From an uncultured Nitrospiraceae bacterium (GTDB taxonomy: Bacteria > Nitrospirota > Thermodesulfovibrionia > Thermodesulfovibrionales > Dissulfurispiraceae), in contig CAVPIW010000006.1 in assembly GCA_963705105.1 (NCBI GenBank), forward strand, positions 320,001 through 384,000: 64,000 nt of DNA, written 5' to 3'. Each line of letters opens with the position of its first letter. Position 1 is the first letter of the stretch. Positions 1 through 9,740 of the stretch are shown piece by piece. Made by a program: the position numbers and the translations under genes. The notes under the pieces are model-generated. The model was not told the origin of the DNA and ran no database searches. It was given only the letters and a program-made list of their open reading frames with translations.

Positions 1-46
1 AGGTGAGAAAAGAAGGAAAGTCAATCGATCCGATCACTTTTTTCGG

Positions 47-73
47 TTAATTTTTTTATAAAACCTCCGATAT
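47..73 (+). promoter_or_regulatory. Candidate sigma28 (FliA) promoter of flgM operon
   Basis: TTAA(47-50)-N15-TCCGATAT(66-73) vs consensus TAAA-N15-GCCGATAA, upstream of flgM. Confidence 0.7.
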
Positions 74-119
74 AATAGTAATAGCCATGAGCGGAAAGCA
101 TGGAAATGGAGGTGCGCAG

Positions 120-425
120 ATGAGAATCACGGATAAAATCGAGAATATCGCGAATATCCAGAACCTTGACAAGGTCAAGGGCAAAGAGATGAAGGGGAAG
201 CCTGAAGCGGTCGACGCGAAGGACCAGGTGACGGTGTCCGAGCGTGCGAAAGAGATCGGCAGACTTCAGGCGGAGGTCAACAATATCCCCGACGTGCGGC
301 AGCAGCGCGTTGAGGAGATAAAAAGCGCCATCAACGCAGGGACATACAATGTCAAGGGCGAAGCCGTCGCGGGAAAAATCCTGAAGGAGATCGTCATTGA
401 TTCAATCGTTCGAAAGACTGATTGA
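120..425 (+). CDS. flgM: Anti-sigma28 factor FlgM
   Basis: DQVTVS...DVRQQRVEEIKSAINAGTYNVKGEAVAGKIL; ATG at 120 follows GGAGG; first gene of flgMNKL. Confidence 0.9.
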   Translation: MRITDKIENIANIQNLDKVKGKEMKGKPEAVDAKDQVTVSERAKEIGRLQAEVNNIPDVRQQRVEEIKSAINAGTYNVKGEAVAGKILKEIVIDSIVRKTD

Positions 426-834
426 GCATATCGAGAGGCAATTCTCACTCTGCATCCTGCTCATGGATATACTCAGGAGGGAACGGACAGTGATCGCCGG
501 TCTCGATACAGCAGCATTCGACCTGCTTGTCAGGGAGAAGGAGACTATCCTGTCCAGAATATTTGACTGTGACAGCGACCGTGTGCGACTGGCAGAGTCC
601 TGCGGTCTTGGCAACAAGACGCTCTCCGAGATTGCAGCCGTTGCTGAAGGCGGTGCGGGAGCCCGGCTCGCCGACATCTCGTCCCGCTTCCGTTCGCTCC
701 TCTCTGAAATGTCGGAACAAATCGATATAAACAAGGCGATAATCGACTCATCTCTGTACCACATGAAGAAATCGTCCCAATTCCTCGGCTCCCTCGACGT
801 GAGGGCGCCGCAGAAGGTTTCGCGGGAAGCCTGA
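397..834 (+). CDS. flgN: Flagellar export chaperone FlgN
   Basis: 145-aa helical protein between flgM and flgK; TTG start after AAGGAG. Confidence 0.8.
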   Translation: MIQSFERLIEHIERQFSLCILLMDILRRERTVIAGLDTAAFDLLVREKETILSRIFDCDSDRVRLAESCGLGNKTLSEIAAVAEGGAGARLADISSRFRSLLSEMSEQIDINKAIIDSSLYHMKKSSQFLGSLDVRAPQKVSREA

Positions 835-2498
835 TGTCCATTCTCAGTCTCTTCGATATCAGCAGGACGAGCCTGCTCACTTCAAAAAGGGCCATCGACG
901 CGACGGCACACAATGTCTCGAATTCAGCGACGACGGGATACACGAGGCAGGACGTCATCCTGTCCAGTATTCCCTCGGGCCCGATCCTGAGCGATGCGAC
1001 CTCCGGCAGGGGTGTCAGGATCACCGAGGTCAAGAGGATGTATGATTCCTTTACGACCTTCCAGCTCAGGCACGAGAAGGCGAACCTCTCCTACTGGGAT
1101 ACCTTCAACACGAGCGTCATCAAGATCGAGAACCTCTTCAACGAGACGTCCGAGAGCAGCCTCAGCACTGCCATGACGGATTTCTTCAATGCCTGGAAGG
1201 AAATATCGCAGAACCCCGAGGGTTATCCCCAGCGGGCGCTCCTGCTGAACAAGGCGGAATACCTGAGCGCGAGGATCAGCAGAACGTACTCGACCCTTCA
1301 GGATGAGCGCAACGAGATCCTGAAGGACAGCGAGGCGTTGATCAATGAGGTGAACAATATCGGCAGGGATATTGCCGATCTGAACGTCAAGATCGCCGGA
1401 TCACCCTCTTCTCACGACCTGAGGGACCAGCGCGACATCCTTGTCGAACGACTCAACGAGATTATCCGTGTCAGCACCTTCGAGGACAACGCGGGCAGAT
1501 ACTCCGTCCTGATCGGCGGCACCCCGATTGTCGACGGTGGAACGGCATATAATATGTCCGTTGCGGCCGACGCCGACAACAACCTTGTCTTTTTTGTGAA
1601 CCTGCCCAATGAACAGCGGGACATAACGAACCTCATAACGGCAGGTGAGTTGAAAGCTCACATCAATCTCAGGGACGACGTCATTGTCGATTATATGAAC
1701 AGAATCAACGCCCTTGCCCTCTCTATCACCGATGGGGTGAACGGGCTTCACAGGGGCGGCGTTGGTCTCGACGGTTCGACGGGCAATGCTTTCTTCAATG
1801 ATCTCTTTCTCTCCACCGATCCGCCGGGAGGGGGATCGATCACCTCCGTACAGGTCTCCGACACGGCACTCATGAGCTATGACCGTTTCCGCATCGTCTA
1901 TACGCCCGACGGTGACGGTGACGGCGTGGAAAGCGCAGGGGATTACGCCGTAACGGACCTGACGACAGGGCAGGCCGTGACTGTGCAGAATTTCACCGCC
2001 GATCCGGGAGGCAACGGGAGAACCCTGGAATTCATGGGATTGCGTGTCACCATAGGCGGTGCCATGACGGCGTCCGAGACGTTCGAAGTCCAGTTGAAGG
2101 AGCACGCGGCGCTCGGGATGTCCCTGTCGCTGCAGGACGCCCGGAAGATAGCGGCAGGGCTGGATCCCTCCCTCCTGCCGGGAGACAACAGGAATGCCCT
2201 TGCCATGGCCGACCTCGCCGATCAGAGCATCGTCGCAGGCAGGACCGTGCTCGGTTTCTACCGGGAGATCGTCACCGATGTGGGGGTGGAGGCACAGTCC
2301 GCAAAAAGGGGCGTCCAGTTCCAGCAAACGCTCGTCGAGGAACTCGAAAAGAGGAGACAGGAGATCTCGGGGGTCAACCTCGATGAAGAGGCGGCCAACC
2401 TGATCAAATATCAGAAATCCTTCGAGGCTGCGGCAAAGATGATCGCCATCGCCGATGAACTGCTGACGACACTCATCGGCATGGTGGGGAGACAATGA
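834..2498 (+). CDS. flgK: Hook-associated protein 1 FlgK
   Basis: HNVSNSATTGYTRQ at N-terminus; SGVNLDEEAANLIKYQKSFEAAAK at C-terminus. Confidence 0.95.
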   Translation: MSILSLFDISRTSLLTSKRAIDATAHNVSNSATTGYTRQDVILSSIPSGPILSDATSGRGVRITEVKRMYDSFTTFQLRHEKANLSYWDTFNTSVIKIENLFNETSESSLSTAMTDFFNAWKEISQNPEGYPQRALLLNKAEYLSARISRTYSTLQDERNEILKDSEALINEVNNIGRDIADLNVKIAGSPSSHDLRDQRDILVERLNEIIRVSTFEDNAGRYSVLIGGTPIVDGGTAYNMSVAADADNNLVFFVNLPNEQRDITNLITAGELKAHINLRDDVIVDYMNRINALALSITDGVNGLHRGGVGLDGSTGNAFFNDLFLSTDPPGGGSITSVQVSDTALMSYDRFRIVYTPDGDGDGVESAGDYAVTDLTTGQAVTVQNFTADPGGNGRTLEFMGLRVTIGGAMTASETFEVQLKEHAALGMSLSLQDARKIAAGLDPSLLPGDNRNALAMADLADQSIVAGRTVLGFYREIVTDVGVEAQSAKRGVQFQQTLVEELEKRRQEISGVNLDEEAANLIKYQKSFEAAAKMIAIADELLTTLIGMVGRQ

Positions 2499-3424
2499 TG
2501 CGGATCACGTCCAAGATGTTTTACGAAAGGTTCCTCTCCGACCTTGCGAAAAACACGGAGAGCATTTACCGGTCCCATGAGCAGATGACAACGGGCAAGC
2601 GGGTGAACAGGCCATCCGACGATCCGACGGCGGTGTCGAAGATCATCGGTTACGAAACGGAGATCGCCTCGTTCGACGAATACACCAGGACGATGGACAC
2701 GGCGAGGACCTACCTTGACTCGATCGATTCAGGCCTCGGCAATCTCAGCTCGATTCTGGCACGGGCCAAGGAACTGGCCCTTCAGGGAGCATCGGAGACA
2801 ATTGACGCCAATTCAAGGAAGCTGATCGCAAAAGAGGTGTCCATGCTCAAGGAGGCGGTCATCGACATCGCCAACACCAGGGTGGGAGACAGGTACCTCT
2901 TTGCGGGGTACCGGTCGAATACCGTTCCCGTCGACAGTGCCACGGGTGCGGTGCTGACCGATGCGAACGCCGTGGAGCTCCAGATCGCTTCTGATGTGAT
3001 GATCGGCATCAACATCACCGCCGGGAGCATTTTCAACGATGCGACGCCCCTTGTCGCATACGGAGGCGCGGGGTTTGACACGGACAATGACCGCTACGTC
3101 CTCAGGGCGCTGAACTTTCTGAGTCAGTCACTGGAAAACAATGATCTGCCAAGGATACGGCAATCCCTCGATCACATCGATTCCGTCATGAACACGGTGC
3201 ACCTGGCAATCGGTGAGGTCGGCGCCCGTCTGAACAGGGTCGATGCAGAGGAGACCCTCGGGGCTGACGGAAAATATAATTCACAGGTCTACCTGTCTCA
3301 TCTCCGCGACGCCGATCTTGCCAAGTCCGTATCGGACATGCAGGAGAGATTGACAGCCCTCCAGGCGCTCAGGACAATTTCATCGGATTTTCTGAAAACG
3401 AACCTTTTCGACTTCATTCGATGA
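2495..3424 (+). CDS. flgL: Hook-associated protein 3 FlgL
   Basis: MRIT...TGKRVNRPSDDP, YLFAG, C-terminal LFDFIR. Confidence 0.95.
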   Translation: MMRITSKMFYERFLSDLAKNTESIYRSHEQMTTGKRVNRPSDDPTAVSKIIGYETEIASFDEYTRTMDTARTYLDSIDSGLGNLSSILARAKELALQGASETIDANSRKLIAKEVSMLKEAVIDIANTRVGDRYLFAGYRSNTVPVDSATGAVLTDANAVELQIASDVMIGINITAGSIFNDATPLVAYGGAGFDTDNDRYVLRALNFLSQSLENNDLPRIRQSLDHIDSVMNTVHLAIGEVGARLNRVDAEETLGADGKYNSQVYLSHLRDADLAKSVSDMQERLTALQALRTISSDFLKTNLFDFIR

Positions 3425-3432
3425 GATGAAGG

Positions 3433-3678
3433 ATGCTCGTTCTCTCCCGTAAGCCCGGCCAGACGATCGCCATCGGCGACTCCATAAGGATCAAGGTGGT
3501 CGAAATAGGCGCCGGGCATGTCAGGATCGGGATAGAGGCGCCCAGTGAGATGCCCATCTACCGGGAAGAACTCTATGAGAAGCTGAAACAGCTCAATATC
3601 GAAGCGGCGAAGCTTGAAATGACAGGACTGAAGGCATTGCTGGGCACGGTCAGGGATGCTGACAAGAAGGCGGAGTGA
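3433..3678 (+). CDS. csrA: Carbon storage regulator CsrA
   Basis: MLVLSRKPGQTIAIGD...VRIGIEAP..IYREE. Confidence 0.95.
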   Translation: MLVLSRKPGQTIAIGDSIRIKVVEIGAGHVRIGIEAPSEMPIYREELYEKLKQLNIEAAKLEMTGLKALLGTVRDADKKAE

Positions 3679-3680
3679 CA

Positions 3681-4097
3681 ATGAAGATTGAAACATCGAG
3701 ATTCGGTGAAATCGAAATAAGCGGGGACCAGGTGATCAATTTCCCCATGGGCATACCGGGTTTCCCCGATCTGAAACGGTTCGTCATCGTAGACTACAGG
3801 GACCCGATCCATTGGCTCCAGGCCGTCGACAATCCCGCCGTGGCCTTCATCATATCCGATCCTTTTCCCTTCTTCAAGGACTACTCACTTATCCTCAGTG
3901 ATGATGTGGAGGAATTTCTCGATATCAGAAGGCCTTCCGATACGCTTGTTTTCACTATTCTGACTGTATCGGACAACAGGCTCATGGCAAACCTCAAGGG
4001 ACCGGTCATCATCAACACCGAAAATAAGCGGGGAATCCAGATCATTCTGGATGATGAACGGTATTCCTTCAGGACGGCTGTACCTTCCATCGGTTAA
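3681..4097 (+). CDS. fliW: Flagellar assembly factor FliW
   Basis: IETSRFGEIEI, FPMGIPGF, WLQAV, ANLKGPVIIN; adjacent to csrA. Confidence 0.93.
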   Translation: MKIETSRFGEIEISGDQVINFPMGIPGFPDLKRFVIVDYRDPIHWLQAVDNPAVAFIISDPFPFFKDYSLILSDDVEEFLDIRRPSDTLVFTILTVSDNRLMANLKGPVIINTENKRGIQIILDDERYSFRTAVPSIG

Positions 4098-4123
4098 ACG
4101 CCGCAGTTCCTCTAAAGAACATA

Positions 4124-4195
4124 AAATGATCATCGTCGTCTTCAGCAGGGCTTTGATGTGCTTCGCCCCGCTCCTTATCACGCAACAACAAGATT
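4124..4195 (+). repeat. Long-hairpin repeat family A, right-arm fragment (subtype I)
   Basis: TCGTCTTCAGCAGGGCTTTGATGTGCTTCGCCCCGC...CGCAAC matches the right arm of the copy at 22567-22779. Confidence 0.7.
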
Positions 4196-4318
4196 TACAT
4201 TCTCGGAATATCCTTATATAATTGTAAAAAAAGCTGCCGCCCCGCTCTGGTATCCTGTCGATTGAGCGCCGGGTCGAATATTTTTTCTGCGGAGGCGGGG
4301 TTTATCCGGTGAAATGCT

Positions 4319-4346
4319 TAAAGAAAAGGGACTTCGGCAACGATAA
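4319..4346 (+). promoter_or_regulatory. Weak candidate sigma28 promoter
   Basis: TAAA-N16-AACGATAA upstream of the kinase/HDOD pair. Confidence 0.35.
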
Positions 4347-4400
4347 GAAGATATAGGTATTTTAAGCCGCACCATATCGGACCAAGAGGAGGCACCGGGA

Positions 4401-5531
4401 TTGCAGGAACCAAAATCATCCTTCCTGAACAGGGAATCTGACAAGAAGGATTTCGTGGAGATCGAAAAACTCCTCTCCCTGGGGGATATCGTTGCCGGTA
4501 TTGTTCACGAACTCAATAATCCCCTGAGTTCCATCCTCGGTTACGCCGAAATTCTCCAGGCCCTTGACATCGATCCTCTCCTGAAAAGATATGTCAATCA
4601 TATCCACCTCGCCGCGATACGGTCCACAAAGATCATCGAAGGTCTTCTCACCTTCCTGAGGAAACGGGACATCGTCTGCACGACAGAAGACATCAACACG
4701 CTTATCCTCCAGACCGTAACGCTCTTTGAATACCAGATGCGAAAAAGCGGGGTTGCGTTGGTCATACTCCTGAAAGCGGGAAAACCCCTTGTCCGGGGAG
4801 ATGCGTACCGGCTCCAGCAGGTTTTTTTCAACCTTTTTATGAACTCCCTTCAGGCGCTCGATCAATGGGGAAAAGAAAGGCAGATCTCGATTCTTTCAAC
4901 ACGGGCGGGCGAAAACATACGCATCGAGTTTCACGACAGCGGTCCCGGCATCGATCCGTCGTGCCGGGAAAAGATCTTCGCACCTTTCTATACGACGAAA
5001 CCGGACGGGACGGGACTCGGCCTCAGCATCGTCTACGGCATCGTCAAGGAGCACGGCGGTACGATCACCGTCCTGCCGCAGGGAAGCGAACATCAGGGCG
5101 GGTGCACGTTCGTCATCGACCTGCCCCGGGCCGGCGAGGTTGCCGGCTTTCCCGACGGGACAGTCACCGGCGTTTCCCGGGAGACGGCTGTCGTTGTCGG
5201 CAATGATGAACTCATCATCGACTCCCTGTGCATCATACAGAGTCAGCTCGGATGCGATCTTGTTTTCACCACGTCACCCGTTGAGGCTATCAGGCAGCTC
5301 GGTGAGGCCGAGGCATCTCATGTATTTTTTGACTGTAAAACAGCGGAGATGGGGTATGCCGAGTTCGTCAGAAAGATTTCCGGACTTGAAAACGTGAAAC
5401 ATCTGGTCCTTATTACGGGCGATGCCTCTCTGGATCTCGATATCGTTGAGAGGAAAAGGCCTGTATCGGTTCTTCATAAACCTGTCGGTCTTGATGAACT
5501 GAAGCGCATCCTCACAGGAGATTCGCAATGA
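4401..5531 (+). CDS. Cytoplasmic histidine kinase with degenerate C-terminal receiver
   Basis: H-box HELNNPL, N-box NLFMNS, DSGPGI, FYTTK, GTGLGL; C-terminal FFD...ITGD...KPV; no TM segment. Confidence 0.85.
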   Translation: MQEPKSSFLNRESDKKDFVEIEKLLSLGDIVAGIVHELNNPLSSILGYAEILQALDIDPLLKRYVNHIHLAAIRSTKIIEGLLTFLRKRDIVCTTEDINTLILQTVTLFEYQMRKSGVALVILLKAGKPLVRGDAYRLQQVFFNLFMNSLQALDQWGKERQISILSTRAGENIRIEFHDSGPGIDPSCREKIFAPFYTTKPDGTGLGLSIVYGIVKEHGGTITVLPQGSEHQGGCTFVIDLPRAGEVAGFPDGTVTGVSRETAVVVGNDELIIDSLCIIQSQLGCDLVFTTSPVEAIRQLGEAEASHVFFDCKTAEMGYAEFVRKISGLENVKHLVLITGDASLDLDIVERKRPVSVLHKPVGLDELKRILTGDSQ

Positions 5532-6382
5532 ACGCAACGGAAGACAAAAGGCTGAAAAGCCGGGTGCAGGAAATTACCGACATCCCGACGCTGCCGCTCA
5601 TCATATCCAGGCTGATCAGGATCTTTCAGGACGAACATGCTTCCGTCGATGATCTGACGAACATCATCCGGCATGATCAATCCCTTGCGACAAGAATCGT
5701 CGCCGTTGCAAACTCGCCTTTTTTCGGGTATCAGGGCAGAATAAACAGTATCGAGCAGGCGATCCTCATGCTCGGTTTCGACCTCGTCAAGAGCATATCC
5801 CTCGGGATATCGATTTTTTCGATGTTTCCTCTTCCTTACGGGACCCTCAAAAGGCTGTGGTCCCATGCATACGCCGTCGCGAGTCTTTCGAGCTTCATAT
5901 GCTCCTGCTTTCCTGTCGCCCAGCGCGGTGTCTGTTTTCTTGCAGGGCTTCTGCACGACATCGGCAGGCCGGTCCTCATGAGGGTCTTCAGGGAGGAATA
6001 CTCCGAAAAATACAAGAGGGAGCTCTCCTTGCTCAGGGACAAGGAACTCGTTGCGGCGGAGGTGAAGCGGTTCCAGTGCAGCCATGCAGCAGCCGGCGAA
6101 TGGTTTCTCGATGGCCTTACTTTCCCCGAAGAAATCGTGATTCCCGTTCGTCATCACCATGACATGACAGGAGTCACACGCCACAGCGGCATCACGACAA
6201 CGGTCTATCTCGCCGAGGGGCTCACGGGTGTCATTGATCCCGCACACGCCCTCGACGGCGAATGGACGGCAGAGCACCTGAAGACTTTTCAGGAGGCGGG
6301 ATTCAGGGAAGAGGACCTGAAGGAGCTGAAAATCTATTTTGCCGAACAGGAGTCGGTCATCCGCAATTTTTTTGATCTCTGA
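5528..6382 (+). CDS. HDOD domain protein
   Basis: DIPTLP, DQSLATRIVAVANSPFFG, LAGLLHDIG, HH. Confidence 0.9.
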   Translation: MNATEDKRLKSRVQEITDIPTLPLIISRLIRIFQDEHASVDDLTNIIRHDQSLATRIVAVANSPFFGYQGRINSIEQAILMLGFDLVKSISLGISIFSMFPLPYGTLKRLWSHAYAVASLSSFICSCFPVAQRGVCFLAGLLHDIGRPVLMRVFREEYSEKYKRELSLLRDKELVAAEVKRFQCSHAAAGEWFLDGLTFPEEIVIPVRHHHDMTGVTRHSGITTTVYLAEGLTGVIDPAHALDGEWTAEHLKTFQEAGFREEDLKELKIYFAEQESVIRNFFDL

Positions 6383-7298
6383 TGTTTTCGGACGATTCAC
6401 CGGCCATGAGGGATCCCTCCCTCGTCCTGAGGTGGTCAAGAAAGGCGACATATAACTGGGGCAGGGTCCTCTTGCAGTGTGTAATGACATAGAAAAGTCG
6501 CTTCATCCTGATGCCGGGCAATGCCACCTCCCTCAAATCGCCGCGCTCGATGTCGTCCTTCACCGAGAGCCTTGAGAGGATGGCGATGCCGAGTCCTTCC
6601 CTGACGGCCTCCCTGACGGCATCTGTCGATCCGAACACTCCGGAAACGGCAAGCGTATCCACTGCGATTCCCTCACGTTCCAGTATCTGCTCGACCTCTC
6701 TCCTCGTCCCGGACCCGGGTTCCCTCAGCACCATGGGAATGCGGGGCAATTCATCCTTGCTGATCCTGTCCTGAACCGCAAAATCGGGCGACACAACCGC
6801 TGTCAGCTGATCTTCCATGAAAGGGCTGCCGTGAATCTGCGGGTGCGCCGGCTTTACCCCCACAATCCCGACAAGGAATTCATGCCTGCTGACCCTGTCG
6901 ATAACGTCCCTGGAGTCCGATACGGGAACATGAAAGGTGACGGAGGGGTGCTCCCTCCGGAAGGACGCAACGATGCGGGGCATGAGATATGCGCCGGGGA
7001 TGGTACTTGTGCCGACAAGGATCTCCCCCCTGAGGTCACATTTCAGACGACTGATCGCCGTCTTGATCGCTTCCGCCTTCTCCAGGAGTTCAACAGCCTC
7101 GCTGTACAGCACGTCGGCTTCGGCGGTAGGAATGATCGTCCTTCCCAGCCGGTCGAAAAGCCGGCATTGCAATTCCTCCTCAACTGACCTGATGTGGTCG
7201 CTGACAGTCGGCTGCGTGAGGAACAGCGCCGTCGAAGCCTTCGAAAAACTCCTGTTCCGGTAGACGGAGACGAAAACCTTCAGTTGATGGAGATCCAC
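6357..7298 (-). CDS. LysR-family regulator (CysL-like)
   Basis: HTH SFSKASTALFLTQPTVSDHI, LFDR, REPGSGTR; GTG start at 7298. Confidence 0.9.
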   Translation of the reverse strand: MDLHQLKVFVSVYRNRSFSKASTALFLTQPTVSDHIRSVEEELQCRLFDRLGRTIIPTAEADVLYSEAVELLEKAEAIKTAISRLKCDLRGEILVGTSTIPGAYLMPRIVASFRREHPSVTFHVPVSDSRDVIDRVSRHEFLVGIVGVKPAHPQIHGSPFMEDQLTAVVSPDFAVQDRISKDELPRIPMVLREPGSGTRREVEQILEREGIAVDTLAVSGVFGSTDAVREAVREGLGIAILSRLSVKDDIERGDLREVALPGIRMKRLFYVITHCKRTLPQLYVAFLDHLRTREGSLMAGESSENIRDQKNCG

Positions 7299-7351
7299 AA
7301 AAAATAATAGCACACTTTGAAGGTTGCCGGGAAAAGCTGATAGAATTGATC

Positions 7352-7987
7352 ATGATAGTCTGCGAGATCTTTGAGAGCATCCAGGGCGAATCGACCTACA
7401 GCGGGCTTTCCTGCTTTTTCGTGAGGTTGGCGGGCTGCAATCTCCGGTGCACATACTGTGATACGACCTACGCCTACGAGGGAGGGGAAGAGCTTGGGAT
7501 AGAGGATATCATCGATCGTGCGGAGCGGTCGCGCCTCGGCCTTGTCTGTATCACCGGCGGCGAGCCCCTGCTGCAGACAGACGTTTTTTCACTCGTCCCG
7601 GGGCTCATTGATCGCGGTGTCACCGTCCTCGTCGAGACCAACGGCAGCATGAGCATCACCGGCATGGACCGGAGGGCCGTCATGATCATGGACATGAAGA
7701 CGCCGAAGAGCGGCATGTCCGGCAGGATGGACCTTGAGAACCTGAAACACCTGAAGCGGTCGGACCAGCTGAAGTTCGTCATTACGGACCGTGAGGATTA
7801 CGCCTGGTCGAGGGATATGATCGTCGGCAGGGACCTTGCCGACGTCTGCACGGTTTTATTATCGCCGGCCTTCGGGATTCTTCATCCGCGGGACCTGGTG
7901 CGGTGGATCCTCGAAGATCGCCTGAGAGTCAGGCTTAATCTGCAACTTCATAAATACATCTTCGGACCTCACGAGAGGGGGGTTTAG
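7352..7987 (+). CDS. queE: 7-carboxy-7-deazaguanine synthase (radical SAM)
   Basis: EIFESIQGE, RLAGCNLRCTYCDT, TGGEPLLQ, QLHKYI. Confidence 0.9.
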   Translation: MIVCEIFESIQGESTYSGLSCFFVRLAGCNLRCTYCDTTYAYEGGEELGIEDIIDRAERSRLGLVCITGGEPLLQTDVFSLVPGLIDRGVTVLVETNGSMSITGMDRRAVMIMDMKTPKSGMSGRMDLENLKHLKRSDQLKFVITDREDYAWSRDMIVGRDLADVCTVLLSPAFGILHPRDLVRWILEDRLRVRLNLQLHKYIFGPHERGV

Positions 7988-8505
7988 TGATTAGTTGTGT
8001 CGCTGCTTTTCGTACGGGAGAGGTGGCGGGCGTAAGATACCTCGAAATTGGGCGTGAAAATATCTTTGTCCAGAGCGTTCCCGATCTCCTTCATGCTCCA
8101 GTAGCGTACCTCGTCGATCTCTTCGGTGTTCCACGAGAAAGGCCCGTCATGCATGCAGGAATACGCAAAGACAAGCTCCGTTTCCAGCGAACCCTCAAAG
8201 AGGTGGGAGGACAGGAGCGGGAGACTGTCGCAGGAGATTCCCAGCTCTTCCCTCATTTCCCGTAATGCCGCCGTCATGGCGTCCTCGCCCGGTGAAATGT
8301 GCCCGCCCACGGATGTATCCCATCTCCCCGGATAAAGGTCTTTGCTCTTAGATCGTTTCTGAAGGAGGAGACGACCGTCGGTATGAAAGACAAAAACATG
8401 GACGACGCGATGGATGAGCGTCGGATCAGCGTGGATGACGGACCTCGGCGCCGAACCGATTATTCTGCCCTGCCTGTCAACGACTTCGAGAATTTCCTCT
8501 TTCAT
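7984..8505 (-). CDS. Nudix hydrolase (Idi/YfcD-like)
   Basis: HRVVHVFVF, LLLQKRS, Nudix box GGHISPGE...AALREMREELGI; the ORF-track extension lies inside a repeat. Confidence 0.85.
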   Translation of the reverse strand: MKEEILEVVDRQGRIIGSAPRSVIHADPTLIHRVVHVFVFHTDGRLLLQKRSKSKDLYPGRWDTSVGGHISPGEDAMTAALREMREELGISCDSLPLLSSHLFEGSLETELVFAYSCMHDGPFSWNTEEIDEVRYWSMKEIGNALDKDIFTPNFEVSYARHLSRTKSSDTTNH

Positions 8506-8572
8506 GATCATCATCGCCTTCAGCAAGGCTTGAGATGCTTCGCCCCGCCTTTTCACGACACAGCAGGGCTTC
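8503..8572 (+). repeat. Long-hairpin repeat family A, right-arm fragment (subtype I)
   Basis: TCGCCTTCAGCAAGGCTTGAGATGCTTCGCCCCGCCTTTTCA. Confidence 0.75.
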
Positions 8573-8627
8573 AATTCCAGTTCCGTTTATTATAAATCGG
8601 GCCTGATGTTTTGTGGTAGAATAAGCA

Positions 8628-9089
8628 GTGTCGGGCTTCGGCAACCTTCTCGTCAAGATCGTCGCGACGGTATGCTTCATAGGCTATATACCCTTTGCGC
8701 CCGGAACATGGGGGAGCCTCGCCGCGCTTCTCGTCGTGTGGTATGGCGGCCTTGCATTTCCTCAGCTCGTAATGGTGCTTGTCGGGGCATGCATTGCCGG
8801 CGTCCTCTCGGCCGAGGCAGGCAGGCATGTCTTCGGTGAGGAGGATTCCCCCAGGATTGTTATTGATGAGTTTGCAGGATATCTGGCCTCCGTTCTTTTT
8901 CTGCCCCTGTCGGCGGGATACCTGATTGCCGCCTTTGTTTTGTTCCGGGCTTTTGATATCGTGAAGCCTCCACCGATCCGGCAAGCGGAAAGGTTTTTCC
9001 CGGGCGGATGGGGGGTCATGATCGACGATCTCATCGCCGGCGTCCTGACGAATATTGTTCTGCAGTCCTTCCGTGCCTTGTCGTCCTGA
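8628..9089 (+). CDS. pgpA: Phosphatidylglycerophosphatase A
   Basis: PFAPGTWGSL, DSPRIVIDE, FRAFDIVKP, GVMIDDLIAG. Confidence 0.93.
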   Translation: MSGFGNLLVKIVATVCFIGYIPFAPGTWGSLAALLVVWYGGLAFPQLVMVLVGACIAGVLSAEAGRHVFGEEDSPRIVIDEFAGYLASVLFLPLSAGYLIAAFVLFRAFDIVKPPPIRQAERFFPGGWGVMIDDLIAGVLTNIVLQSFRALSS

Positions 9090-9167
9090 GCGGCCCGGTC
9101 CCACGGGGAGAGGGGCCGATGAGGAAGGGACGGCATGGGGCACTCCGTCATGAGAGGAGAGAGATCC

Positions 9168-9723
9168 ATGAGGTGTTTTATTTCCGTCAATCTCAGCGAT
9201 GAAGTCAGGAAGTCCATTCAGAGTGTCATCGATGACCTGAGGCCGCAGTCCCGGGCTGTCCGGTGGGTCCCCGCCGAAAACCTCCACCTGACGCTTAAAT
9301 TTCTCGGAGAGGTGGACGAGGGGATGGTAGACGATATTAGGGGCCTGTTGGCCCCGATCTGCGGGAAATACAGATCTTTTGACATTACACTCAGGGGGAC
9401 GGGGGTTTTTCCGAATCCGGCCAGGCCGCGGGTGATTTGGATCGGCATTGACGCACCGGGTTCGCTTGCGGATCTTGCAGAGGGAGATCGATGAAGCCTT
9501 GGGCCGACTCGGCTTCGAGCGCGAGCGTCGCGCCTTCACTCCGCACCTCACTATCGGCAGGGTGAAGGATGGCGCCGGCGTGCAGCCGGCGATAAAGGCG
9601 CTTCATACCTTTCGGGAAACGCTTTTTGGTAGTATAATGGTGAAGGAAATTCATTTCATGAGGAGCACTTTGAAGCCCTCAGGGGCGGTCTATACCGAAC
9701 TGGCGGGGTTTCCGCTCTCATAA
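9168..9723 (+). pseudogene. thpR: RNA 2',3'-cyclic phosphodiesterase, frameshifted near 9475
   Basis: First HxT motif (NLHLTLKF) in ORF 9135-9494, second (PHLTIGR) in ORF 9448-9723; deleting one T at 9475/9476 joins the frames. Confidence 0.8.
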
Positions 9724-9740
9724 GGACAGGAGGCTGAGAC

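Noticed and set aside
3433..4097. csrA-fliW in a flagellar operon as a novel system
   Set aside because: This is the well-characterised FliW-CsrA-flagellin partner-switching module.
9089..9168. Missing cinA between pgpA and thpR
   Set aside because: Common operon variation; no remnant visible.
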